From the NCBI GenBank assembly GCA_030704615.1, contig CM060733.1, forward strand, positions 26,164,001-26,228,000: a stretch of DNA of 64,000 bases. Direction: 5' to 3'. The stretch is from Takakia lepidozioides (lineage: Eukaryota > Plantae > Bryophyta). Shown here piece by piece: positions 25,130 to 38,052 of the stretch (position 1 is the first letter of the stretch; every line of letters starts with the position of its first letter). The notes beneath the pieces are model-generated. The model searched no databases. It had not been told where the DNA came from and saw only the letters and a program-made list of their open reading frames with translations. Both the position numbers and the translations under genes were made by a program.

Positions 25130-25910
25130 TCCAGCTTGGGCATAGTTCAGAACAACATTTGTTTAATTCCAGTTTGGACGATGTCATCACAAACCCCATC
25201 TTCACTCATTGCCTACCCTAGTCAAGTGCAATTATGGGCTAGGCTGGTACCACATCTCATTCAGCCATATTATCAAAACAGCCATGTATCCTTGTAGTTG
25301 CACCCTGCAACCTTGGCATACATGTCCACTACGGCAACGTTCAGAATCACATCAGATACAATACCAGCTTTGACAATATCACCGTGGACCTCTGTACCCT
25401 TTTTCAGGGCTGCCAGGCATGCATTTGACATACATATCCACCAAGGTAGTGTTTAGAGTGACATCTAGTGGTACAATTCCAGATTTGATAATGGACCTTT
25501 GCGTCCTTTCCAGGGCTACCAGGCTCGCATTTGACATACATGTACACCAGGGGAATGTTCAGAATGACATCAGGTACAATTCCAGCTTTGATGATGTCAC
25601 CATGAACCTCTTGGCCCCTTCCCAGGGCTGCTAGGTTCGCATATGCATATTAACAAACACAAATGAACATGACCTGGTTTGGCTTCATCCTTTCCCACAT
25701 CATTTGTTCTTAGGTTTCCAAAGCCTTACTCCCACACCTATGCTGCACACACCTGGCAGTCCACAACACCACATCTCATTTAGCCATGTTGTCGAACTCT
25801 CCCTTTGCATCAGGCTTGCTGCACCCACATTTGGCATACATGTCCACTAGGGCAGTGGTCAGAATGACAACTAGTACAATTCAGCTTTAACGATGGCACA
25901 TGGCCAAGAG
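25130..25910 (-). pseudogene. PLS-class PPR protein fragments inside the CACTA
   Basis: TALVDMYAKCG; FDNMAK*DVVLWTA; MKPNQVMFICV; LAALGRGQEVHGDIIKAGIVPDVIL; LAALKKGTEVHGDIVKAGIVSDVILNVAVVDMYAK. Confidence 0.85.
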
Positions 25911-27273
25911 ATATCCCAATATCCCGCTACCAATGGGTTCAATGCATACTCTTGTCACATTGGCAGTATCATGTCAAAGCCACTCCAACTAGATTCACTC
26001 AACCAGCTAACTTGCAGAATTGAACATGAAAATTTAGGGCCGATTCTGATAAGAGGGGAAAATAGGGTGAAATGTGTTTCAGAAGGTGCCTTCATTAGCA
26101 GTGCCTGATTTTATCAATTGTGCCGCTGCTGCTGCGGCTTCCAATTGACCATCTACCCATGCAGGTTTCTTGTATCTATCCTTCCACAGGGAATCATAGA
26201 TAATCTGGAGCTTGAAATCTGGCCCTCTTCCACACTCTATCCCTGCTCCTTCAGCTATCTATGCCTCTGCACAAAATCATGCATACAACAATCATTCCAG
26301 CAAACACCCCCAACCCTACTTATCAATGAGCAACGAGCTAACTTACATAATTCAATATGCATCTCAAGGCCGAGTCTGATGAGAGGGCAAAACAGGCTGA
26401 AATAGGTCGAAGAAGAACCCATAGAGGATTTGACCGACCATCAACCCAAAAGGACCTCTTGTGTGTGCTGCTTGTGTCTTGTAGTCAGGTAATGTCGGAT
26501 TGGTCTGTGAGAACCAGCACGGTGCAGATGAGCAGGCAGAGATTGAAACACGGCCTGCTAAGACCAAGCTGACTCTCCCAAGAACCTTGAAACATCAGGA
26601 AGAATACCAAATCATGGTACTAACAGGAGCCAACAGCCCACATTTGCAGGATGGACAAACTTCTTCACATCGTACATTAAGGAAAAGCCACACCTTGCCA
26701 TTGCGGTTGTCGCACCATCGTGAATGATCTTTAAAAATCTCATGCCAACTCTGCTCCGTACTGCAAATGAAGGGCCGAGTCTGATGAGAGGGCAAAGCAG
26801 GCTGAAATAGGTCGAAGAAGAAGGTGCCCTCACCACATTGTCCTCGACCTTGTGTCATGACCCATGGAGGATTTGACTGAACATGAACCCAAGAGGACCT
26901 CTTCAGTGTGCTGCTTGTTTCTGTAGTCAGGTAATGTCGGATTGGTCTGTGAGAACCACCACGGTGCAGCTGAGCGGGTAGAGATTGAAACACGGCCTGC
27001 TAAGACCAAGCTGACTCTCCCAAGAACGACGAGCTCCCAGCCAAAACCTCCTCGCACACATACCATAGCGTTTCTAGGGTTGCTTGCTTCAGATGCACAG
27101 GTTGCTCCAATTGCGGCCTCCCATGCATGTTTGCCTTCCCTCCCGCTCGCTCGCTCTAAGTCCCAGCCCTCTCTCTCTATCTCCCTCCCTCCCGCTCACT
27201 CTAATTCTATTCACGGCTACCGTGATGGGCAACTTTTTAAGTTTTTTAACCTTCTTGCAAACCCTATAAGCAA

Positions 27274-27475
27274 CTTTTTGATTTTTTTTTAAATTTTTTT
27301 TAAAGGAAGCCTCAGGCCCTTGAGGAGGGGGGAAAATTAACCCCCTTTCATTTGGGCCATGAGATACAGGACGATCAACGCCCAAACATATCGTCACAAA
27401 CAATCCCACACACGGGGTGCGGGTTTGAACCCCGAACCACCGGGGCGACACACTGTGCACCTCCAGCCGATGTGC
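27274..27475 (-). mobile_element. tRNA-derived SINE, second copy (inside the CACTA)
   Basis: Shares CAGGCCCTTGAGGAGGGGG...AACCCCCTTTCA and GGGTTYGAACCCCGAACCAC with 20121-20367; T-rich tail on the + strand. Confidence 0.72.
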
Positions 27476-30400
27476 TTTTTTCAAATCTTTTGCATTTTGA
27501 TTTTTAAAAAAAAAATTCATTTTAGTGGTTAGAGTCTCCGACATTTTTTCAAAATATAATATTGATATATTATATATATAACCAGAAAAGCATTGTCGAC
27601 ACGTGCAGTCATGTAGTGATTCATCCATGTGATGATCTGGCAGAATGCATTAGAGTGAGAGTCATAAAGTCATATGTCCGTCTAGCAATTTGTACACGTC
27701 ATTCCAGTGTAGGTATGGTCGTGACTGGTAGTCATATCTGCCATGCCAATATTCGTGGTCAAACATGTTTGACCTGTGTTGCGCAGAGTCTGGAGTCATG
27801 CAATCGCATATACGCCTTCCCCGGACCTACATTATGACTTCAAAAGGCATCTACGACTTCAAATGGCATTTCTGCCACAAATCTGTCATGACTGCGCAGC
27901 CATGGGAGTCATAAAAGCCGCAATCTGTTGTAGTGAACTCCAGCCACCTGAAAATTCATTCTTTCAAGCGCGGGCTGGAGAATGCCTGGAATCAAAATGG
28001 CAATGACATTCAATGCCCCATCCAAAAATTTCAGGTCAAACTCTGTGCGGCTAGCAAGGAAAGCCATGAACTAAGTAGACAGATAGCGGTGGAGCAGAAA
28101 AAGAAGATGAAAGCACTTCAAAAATGCCTGGGTATGTACCAAAAAAGATTGAAACCTCTACCTGCGATGACCACACATTCCACACTTACCGCACGTCAAA
28201 ACCTGGAAATTTGAGAAGGTCAAGCAGCGTAGATCCCTTCAAAGAATTCAAGATCTTTACTCGGACAACCAGGGCTCTGAGGAGATGTGCAGGGTGGCTT
28301 TCTTGCATTTCCGAACCCTCTTCCAGCAAGACCCTAGAGACCCCCAATACCATCAAAAGTTGCAAGACTGCTTGCAGGTAGTTCTGAACAAGCTGCATCC
28401 AGAAGAAGCTCCATATCTAGATGATGAGTTCACAACTGTTGAACTGCAGGATGCGCTGAACAAGATGAGTACCAATAAGGCTTCTGGCATAGATGGATGA
28501 CAATGGAGTTCTATAAAGCTCTATAGGATCAGATTGCCTCAGACTTCTGTGCCATGGCAAACAAAATAAAAGCCATTGGATACATGCCCCAATCTATGTC
28601 CCAAGTAGTCTTTGGGATACCTCTTAGACTCCAATGCATCGGTGCATGGGCTCAGGATCTCCAACCAATTAACGCAAAACACCATGCAGGTGAAGGACTC
28701 CATGTTCGTGGATGACACCTTCCTACTTTTAGACGCCAATCCCGTTACCCTGCAGGCTCCCCATGACACCCTCACACAATTCTGTGAAGTCTCTGGATTC
28801 AAGGTCAATTGGTCAAAAACTAAAGCTATCTTGGTAGGAGATATCTCCCAGTCCACTATTGGAGTTAACCCTACCTGGGGAAATGACATTGGACTGGTTT
28901 GGCTCCAGCCGGAGGAGACAACGATACTCTTGGGATATGTCTTTGGTAAAGAACTAACAGACAGCCAAAGAATGGGTCCATCTTGGCTATGCTAAAAACG
29001 AAACTATCGCACCGGGGATCCCGCTTCCTTTCCATTACGGGTAGAGCTCTTGTAGCAAACCAGGTCCTTAAGGCCGGAATCTGGTACTTTGCCTCAACCT
29101 GGGGACCAGACTCTGAATTTATAAATGAGGTTAAACGCTGTATCAGGAACTTCATTTGGGGGCTCACAGCTCTGCTGAGAACAAAAGGCCCCAGGTCTCT
29201 TGGAGGCAGATTTGCCTCCCCAAGAAGAAAGGTGGTCTAGGGATCTTGGACCCGGAGATGCAAATCCAGGCTCTCCTTGGCAAATGGCTCCCCAGATTCC
29301 TGGGTCCTGAGGGGGGCTGGTGGAAACTCTTGATTGAGGACAATATAGCATTCAGCTCTCAACTGCTTTCTACACACTGGAGAAAATCCACAAGATGGAT
29401 AACTCAGGGCTTCAACCATAAATCGGTTGGCTCCCCCCTCTGGAAATCTATCTGGAAAGCTTGGAAGAGATTCAAACCTTTTCTTCTTAAATCTGAGCCA
29501 ACCACTTACCAGGAAACAATGAGGCAACATCTCTTTCTAAACTCTTCTAGGCCATCTCCAGATGAGAGAGGCCAAGCAAGACGTTGGGCTGCTTGGGAAA
29601 CGAGAGGTTTCTCCCAGATAGCACACTTGTGGAGAAGCACCCCGGACTCCCTCAGATTTGGCGCTAGGGCAGAACAGGCTCACAGCAAGTATTCAAAACA
29701 TCATCTGCAGTATCCCGGATCAGTGGAAGCATCTAAGAGAGGGCAAAGAGATTCACAAAGAACATCAATATTGGGTTCAAGCCATCAACAAACGAACCCT
29801 TCTCTGTTTTATACATCACACGAGCCACGGAGAATTCCATTTCTGGATATGGTTTTTATGCAGAACCCTACTCTGGGTTCCTCTCCATCTTCTCCAGTCA
29901 GCCCCTGTCCCTGGAAAGGTGCCAAGCCCTGCCCATTAGAGTCTGCCTCTGGTCAAGTTCAGGCAAAGAGCTGAACCCAATGGCCCCACTGGATAAAATC
30001 TATCATGTATTGGATCCATGGTAGCTCCTTTGCCTGGATAGGAAGGGTGCAAATCCAATACCTCCAACTCGACCCAGGCGAGTGGCAATGGAATCTTGAC
30101 GGGGCTCGCTCTCAATTCTTTTCCTACTCAGCCAAGAAGGCCTACAGATCCCTGAACAACACCACGGCTCTTGCAGCTAAATGGAATGACAAATGGGGGC
30201 AGCATAACTTTCATGAGGAGAACTGGGATACAATATGGAGTCTTGTATGGGAAAAATCTAAATCAGCAAAGCTGAGTGCCTTCCTGTGGCAAATCGCCAA
30301 CAGAGTCTTAAAGGTGGGGCAATTTCTAAACTTTCAAGAGGCCTTGCTCTGCACTTGTTGCTCTGGGAACAATAGAAACCCTGGAACACTGTCTCATCTC

Positions 30401-31409
30401 ATGTCAAGGACCATCTCTCATCTGGCCCATGGTTGCATCCCTTACTCTCAATGGGGCCCATTCCCAAATAGTGTGTTGGAGTTGCTCCTTAACTACAACC
30501 AAGTCTCGAAAACAGTGGCATGCACTTGCCCTGTGTTCGAGGTTCTTCGGGGAGCTACTCTATGGCAATTATAGAAAGCGAGATGCAACTGGTCGCTGCA
30601 ATCTTCGAACTCCAATGCTACTGCAATACTGTCAAGAATATTTTTTGAACTCACCATCGCTGCTAAGCTGGTTTGGAAAAAAGTGTGTGCAGGAATTGCC
30701 AGAAAACCAGAACGAGAACATGCGCTCCTTGACAGGTTCAATTCCACCTGGGGGAGAGGGGGCATCATCTGTTCCTGCTCAGGACCTGACTCCTGTGTCT
30801 GGCCAAGGCAAATCCCCCCTCAATGGAGGGGGAAGCGAGCCAACCTCTTCTGCTTCCCCAGAGTTTGAAAAGGAGGACGTCAACTAGAAATATGTGAGGG
30901 CCTCCGCGAAAACAAGACTTGCCTTCATTAGATAGAATACCACAAGCTCCGCATTTAAATGGCCGAAGCACTAGATCTATGTTTACTTAGATCAGTGCTC
31001 CTCACTGGAATTCTCAAACTAGGATCCTTAGTGTGAAGTACTCTTTTCCTAGGAAGCTTTTTCTAGGATAAAATTGCTCTTCTGGTAACAGTCGTGTCTC
31101 CCTCGAGACCAGTCTATCATGCTTAGTGCTGCTAATTGTCTTCTTCATCGAATCATCCGTCACGATATTCGTGTGTTCAGGCCTTATGGCGGCCACGTGC
31201 CACTCAAAGGGTTTTAATTTTTTTTCCTTCAAATAATCTGAATAAAACAAAATCCAGGGCCTCCTCCCCTGTTCTCCCCAAAAAAATAAAAATAAAATCA
31301 AGTATGCTTTTTAAATTAAAGGCATATTAATGATTTGGTGGTATTTAATTTTAATTTTAATTATTTATATCCGGGTTTACAACCGGCCGGTATTACGATT
31401 GGAATACCC

Positions 31410-34400
31410 GTCTTTTCTTTTTCTTTTTCTTTTTTTTGAGAGAATATTTTCACACATTTTATTATGAGAGGGGAAAAAATAAATCCTTGTGGGGCCATAA
31501 GGCAAACACACCTGACGGTGAGGGACGAACCCAGAGTACTTTAACGGAGAGAAATCCATCCGAATGGATGATGATGAAAGCTACGATTATGAGAGAAAAA
31601 AAACAGCTAGGAGAGGGTCAAGAGCGAAAGAAGTGCTCACGAGATGCGAGCACCTGGAATGCCGACTGGCCCTGACAGATTCCTACTACTGCTAATAGAG
31701 GGAAGATCAACCTAAAATGGAACCATGCATCTATAGAACAAGGAAGCGACAATGAGATTGAGAGAAAAAATCCCTAGAGAGAACAGCTATGGACTATCCA
31801 AATCGAGCAGGGGTTGGAGCCCTAGAGAGAATATAATAGAGAACACCATAGAACACTTGAAGAAGACAGAGACCAGGGAGCATGATTTCGCTGCTGGAGG
31901 ACGCTATTTGCCGAAGCTAAGCCGAGTCGAGTTCTTTGCCATTGATGTGCTTCCAATTAATTTCCCTATCGAACTCCGGTGAGTCATGGTAGCAGAGTGA
32001 TTGCCCCTTGCCAGGAGTCCGGTGGGTCTGTGGTCCAGAGACAGATTGTTGACGAAGAGCAGTTGCATATGATGTCATCTTTTCCCCATGAGCATTTGAA
32101 TTTGCTGACGAGCTGATATTCAGCCTCTGGATTCTTTCTGATGTCTGCTATCAATTTTGCCCAGGCCTTTCTACCCTCAATTTGCACCTCATGGAATATT
32201 GTAGATAAAAGCACAGAGAGGCAAGTCTTTTCTCTTTTTAAAACCCATGAACATCTTACTTTCCAGATGTATAGATCTGATCGCCTCATAAACTGGACAA
32301 TGACTGTGAATGTTGTGAAGGTTTCCATCATAGTTAAGAAGCTTGTGGGTTGCCGAGGGTATCCCAGGTTCCCATATCTGCATGATGGGTGAGAGGCAGG
32401 GCCAGGTTTTTGATGGGATACTGCAACGGAGAAGACAATGCTCCAGAGATTATGTCATCCCCATGCTGCAACATTTGCATATTAACGCCTCTGAGAATGC
32501 CAGTCACGATCCTACTTTCAAAACCCTATTTGCAACCTGCCACAGAAAGGCTTCCACTTTGGCAGGCCTGACCTTGTTCCAAATGGCAGCCCATATGAGG
32601 TTCTATCTAGCCAGATTCAAGCTATAGCCAGTCCATTTGGAGGCCCATTTATCCTGAGGCTTTAGCAGTGAACGATATGCTGCCTTAGCTGAATAGTTGA
32701 AGAACGAAGGACATGAAGCTCCAAAATTCCAAGACCATTCCTTCGGGTCCACCATGAACCCCATAAGAGGCACTCCCTCCACCCAGAGAAATAGTTGAGA
32801 TGAGAGCCAATCATTTAGGGGTTGGTCCTTTGGAACAGATGGGTTCTCTCTTTCAGGAGAAGACCACTGACAGATACGAATTGGAATGAACTGCCCAGCA
32901 GAGATAGTCACTGGATTCAATGATTCCACCACTAGAAAGTTTGATAGCTCAATTTTGTTTAGAACTATACCCTTAAAGTGGATGGGCCGTGCTTCAGTGA
33001 TGTATATAACCTGATGAAGGGCTGCTGAGCAAGTGACCCAGCAACCAGGGCGAGCTTGCTGAGGACCTGCCGAGAGAGTTTGAATCCAGCTGTCAGGAAT
33101 ATTTTGATTCAATTGGTGGTAGCCTGACGTCCCTCTTTGAGTACCAACTATTGGAATTATTTGGTCCAAAGGTAGAAAATCTCGACCGCCCCAAGTGTCT
33201 TTGATTTGGGCTATGTTCAATTTATCCCAGGCAGAGAATTTTGCAGCAGAGGCTCTATCTGCAGCGGAAGGGTTGTTGCAATTGAGGGTAAGGGATTGGC
33301 GCATGGTTTCCTCATATGATTTTGGGTCCTCTTTAACCAACCTGGGCCGAATGGTTCTCTAGACATCCCATATGGCTCTCCATAAAGGGGAACCATTAGA
33401 TTTGTGTCTAAAACCCTGTGTGATCCATCGGAGAGATGGGCTCCATATTTTAGTTTTGAGGGGGGAACTTTTGAGAATGTGCTGATAAACAAGATGCTTA
33501 CACCATCCACCTTCAGGCCCTAATAGCCTTACTATCCATTTACCCAAGAGTGCTGATATTTGTGTTCCTGGATCAATGATCCCCAAGCCATCTTTTTTTT
33601 TGGCAGACAAATCTGTGCCCAAGCTGAGACAGCTGGTCTACGGCTTTTGGCATCTGAATCTGCGCCCCATATGAAGTTTCGGATGGTTTTTTGGATCTGT
33701 TTGATCTGTGGAGCTAAGGGGCTCCAGACCGCAGCAAAGTACCATATGCTGGCCAGAAGAATCTGGTTGGCTACAAGAGCCCTTCCAGTAATTGAAAGAT
33801 GACGAGAACCCCAGTAAACGAGCCTGACTATGATATGGCCCAACCTCTGGTCATCCGAAAGGATAATCCCAAATGGGTGCCCAAGCAGGGTAGTAGCATT
33901 CCCTTGTTGCAGCCATTTGAGCCCCAGATTCCCTCCCCAATTAGAGCTGAACCCAGCAGGAATGGTGGCTGTGTCTCCAGCAAGGATGACAACTATTTTT
34001 GTCCAATTAACTTTAAAACCAGAGGCTTCACAAAAGGTAGCGAGAGATTCAGTTGCCTCCTGCAGGTTGGCATCCGTGGTCTGAAGGTATAAAACCGTGT
34101 CGTCTACAAACATTGAGTCTTTGATCTGGAGGTCAATGTTGGCTTGGGTTTTGATTTGGAGCCCAGTTATTTGGGTTGCTGTCCAAGAGATATCCAAGAG
34201 AGTCTGCCACTATGAGGAAGAGGAATGGGCCAGCGGGCATCCTTGATGAACTGATCTTTGGAGGTCAATTTTTTTAGAGATGAATCCATTCACTGAAACC
34301 CTACTGGATGCGTTGAGGAGGAGTATTTTGACCCAGTGACAAAAGTCGTTTGAGAGTCCTATTTTTTGGAGAGTAGCATACAGCATTGGCCATTCAACCT

Positions 34401-34618
34401 TATCAAACGTTTTTTCAAAGTCTAAAAGAAGCATGGCTATGTGTTGCCCAGTGGATTCTGCATAGATTGGGGTCTCTTGTGCCAACATAATATTGTCAAG
34501 GATATATCTTCCCTTGACGAATCCAGCTTGACCAGGCCTAATGATGGTTGGAAGGAGAGGCTATAGACGAAGGGCTAATGCCTTTGCAATGATCTTGTAT
34601 GAAACATTGAGCAATGTT
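31410..34618 (-). mobile_element. 5'-truncated L1 ORF2 pseudogene, tail-to-tail with the L1 ending at ~31295
   Basis: LTLLNVSYKIIAKALALRL; QAGFVKGRYILDN; LDFEKTFDKVEW; QGCPLA; MFVDDT; SITGRALVANQILL; T-rich tail at 31410-31437. Confidence 0.9.
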
Positions 34619-34859
34619 AAGAAAGACAGTTAGCATGTTACTTCAAAACAAGAAGTCAAATAATCCATTTAGACCAGGCTTTCTCTTCCGCTGCAGTCTG
34701 GGATAGATGGAGTACTGATGGGTAGTACTGGCATGGGCATAGGACCTCTCTTTTTACTTACAAAAGACCGGAAATGACCTCAACATTTAGTCAATGGATG
34801 GAAAGTGGTTCGCAAGAAGGAAACCTTCAGGTATCTAGCTGAAGGTTAGCTACCTCCAA

Positions 34860-37800
34860 ATTCGCGCGCGCCTTCATTGCTTCCACCGATGTAATTCTCT
34901 TGGTGCTATTTCTTGTCGTATTTTTTCGTGGCGGCATTGTCCACACGACATTGTTCACGTGGATACATTGAGCAGGATCTGACGGGTTGTACTCCCAAAC
35001 TTTTGACCAATAGTCCCTGTACCTCTCAAAGTCTAAGGGGTTACCTCATTTCTTCGGTCTCCACCACTCCACCTTCACTTTCTTAAAATTAGGATCTTCC
35101 CTTTCTCGGATGACATCTGAAATTGCCATTCCCATCCAGACCGGGCACGTCGTTGGGTCATGAGGGCGAACGAGCACAAAAAATCCTTTCTCAATATTCT
35201 TGAACGGATTCAAGGGTATCCTTGGACGCTCGCACCTAGGGCCACAGTAAGAATCTGGAACTTCATCCTCATCTTCCATATCTTCCAGTATCTGTGGCTG
35301 GATGCCATCCCTCTGATGGTTTGAGGACCAATTTGTTTTCGGCCAAAATCCCTCAAGAAGCTGAATACGATCCGGAATGTCCTGCATTGGCTTATCAAGT
35401 TCGGCGAGAATATTTCCCCAGTATTGGTCATATTGTTCCATCACACCCCGGTAATGATCGTCAAGCAACATTCATTTGGTCCAAAAATCTCTGTATTTCT
35501 TAATACCATTTTTTTTGAATGACTGTTTTTCTGAGGAGTCGTCCTCGACTCCCCATATCGGTCTTCTTGGAACGGCATTTGGGTCTCCTTCAAGGAGATT
35601 TGGAGTCCCATCAGGGTTGGACTTCCACATCTTAACGCTGGAGTTTGTAGGAAGCCACTCCGAATCAATAGTTGACTTTTTGTATAACTTCATAACGGGC
35701 CAGCCATCCGCATCCTTAAAAAACCAAAAGACGTGCATCTCTGAGATCCCGACCAAAGCCTCATTTCCATCATGAATACAACCCTTAACAAACTTCTTGA
35801 AGTCGGGAACCTCCTGAATGATTTGATGAATGAATTGCATATCTTGGGAGATCATGAATGACCTCATCAAATCCGGAAGAATGTAGGTGTTGCGTTCCTT
35901 TAGCTTCTTCGAGAGATAGCTAAAGAATCCGTCAATATCCTCATGGGTGTGCCCGACCATGAGAAAACCAAGCTGGATCCCTTCAAAGACATCTTTGGCA
36001 GTGAGGAGGGATATGAAAGCAAGCATCTATCTGTTCTTATTGTCCTTGGAGGAGTTGTCCATCTGCAAATAAAGTCGTCTAGGAAGTGGTCGAGCACCAC
36101 GTTTATCGTGCGGCCTGCAGGGTTTTAGAGCCTCCAAACATCTCGATTTCCCTCTCATGAGCGTTTCAAAAAAATCATTTTGAACTTCAGTATCAAAAAT
36201 GTTCCTGGATTCCCGGCATGTCGGCTTTTCCAGTTGGCGCAGGCACTGAGCCAGCGACCCAATTATTGTGAAGTTTGAATTGCCTTTCCAGAACTCAAGG
36301 GAAAATTGAGCGTAAGCTCCATCACCGTGTCCGTGCGTAACCATTCTTGTCAATGAGACAGGCAACTGACCCAATCCCGAGACCATCTTGTTCGTCGTCT
36401 GTAGTCTCGGAATAGCCGTTTTCCTATGATCCATCTTATCGTGAGTACTACACAGGAACTCATCCGGAATCATAACAGACTCATTCCTCCAGCTATGGTG
36501 CAGCCTTATGCATGACTCTTGATGCCTCAAGTGCAAATCAAGCGCCCGCTTATGTGCAACCTGTTCGGAACTCCTCTTAATTGACTTCTTGATCAAGTCC
36601 TTCAACATCTCGCATTATGTGCACTTAGCAAAGGTGCTTCTTGTTTTCCGAACCTCCACGTTAGGAAATATTCGATTCCGTATACGGCTTATAGCTGGCT
36701 GCGAGACTCCTTTCAAACCGATCAGTCTGTTCGTCTGCACCCCAACTTCCCAATAATGTCAACGTCCACTGGGCAGTGGAGGTTCTACAAAGTGGAAGAA
36801 CAAGAAAGCATGATGGCATCAAAAAGAATAAAATCAGCCACAGTATTTTGAAAAAGGAAAAGGGGACAACGAATAAAAGTCACCTCGTTGGACTCCTCTC
36901 GAATTCTCTTCCAGTTCATTTCGGATGGCAAAATTCTCAAAGTATCCCGACGTCCATCTCCAATGCAACGTGTTTTGTGAGGCATAAGGTCAGTATTGGC
37001 ATTGATAATGGACATAATGTTCCCCTCTGCCTGGAGTGTCCCTGGTCAAGGCCGCTTGACGCCACGATTTCCATGGAAAGATGACAAACAGCCCTCTTTA
37101 CTGAGCTTTTTGTACTCCATGTACGTTGACCTTCCAATTCCGTGCATTATCCACCATGCTTTCTCACAAACATCAACACCTTCTATCGTAACATACGACC
37201 TGCACGATGACCCATCTATAATGTGAAGTCGTTTTGAAACATTCAATCCAAGTTCTCTCCTCATCGAATGACAAACCCCAAAGTACGAATTGCTAAGGTT
37301 TTTCTCCAATCAAAATACTGGCAGCACTGAAGCTTGCAGCAAGGTTTGCTGCTCACCGACCTCACTTCATCCAAAGTAAGATTTTTCTTGCACTTTTTTG
37401 AGTCCTCCATATTGGATGGTTTCTTCTTCCTAGTAAAATGCCTGTATGCTGCTTTCTTTACGCCTGTACCATGGTCGTCATTCTCCATGTCACTGCATGA
37501 TCGTAGGAAATTTTCGAGATCAACGGAGAGTATCCGGCCATTTTCAAGAAGTCTTGTTTTTGTTAACGGCCATTTCACAATCGACATCAGTGAACCGGAT
37601 CCTCCAGAGATTGTTCTGGTGACCAGAACCCCAACATCGTCCTCTCCGAATTTGTCATTCAGAATGATCTCGTTAGGAATGCATGCCTGAATTCGGCCTT
37701 CGAACAGGGCGTTTCCGTCCTCCCCACGAAGAAGACACTGCAAGTTTATCCAACAATCTCTCCCCAGACCTACAGGCAGATCCCCTTCAGTCTCACCGTT

Positions 37801-38052
37801 GGACGGAATTTCATTGTTTTCAGTGCTTTGTCTTTGATAATCACTATCTTCTGTGATGGAATGACATCCTGGGTTTCTCTGGGATGCTGAATCCACTGTT
37901 TCATGCGTGCGAACACAAGACACGTCCCACACAACTGGAGTCCCAATCGCCTCCTTCAATGTGTCAGCATCCATGTGTCGATAAGGCAGAGGACAGGAGC
38001 CGAATGCGTCATCACAAAAGATCAGGGTAACTGAAATGGTGGACGAACACAA
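34860..38052 (-). pseudogene. Sola-like (DUF7869-type) DDD transposase with an intron and several stops/frameshifts
   Basis: CCKLQCCQ; VCEKAWWIMHGI; STFAKC..C; HDKMDH; LYLQMDNSSKDNKNR; FLMVGHTHEDIDGFFS; GT-AG intron ~36882-36736. The superfamily label is inferred from the DN..xNKN and GHT motifs. Confidence 0.8.

Larger units (their letters stand above)
23404..27935. mobile_element. Non-autonomous CACTA (En/Spm) element
   Basis: TIRs CACTACAACAGATTGTGGCTTTTACGACTC / GAGTCATAAAAGCCGCAATCTGTTGTAGTG; 3-bp TSD AAC; GACT/AGTC subterminal repeats; no transposase; internal duplicated blocks. Confidence 0.95.
23375..31295 (+). mobile_element. 5'-truncated L1 ORF2 pseudogene, split by the CACTA, RT core partly deleted
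   Basis: GRGVYRLN|SSHLKIHSFKRGLENAW joins across 23403/27936; SGIDG; SMFVDDT; SGFKVNWSKT; SITGRALVANQVL; VSWRQICLPKKKGGLGI; FLWQIANRVL; A-rich tail ~31280-31298. Confidence 0.88.
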
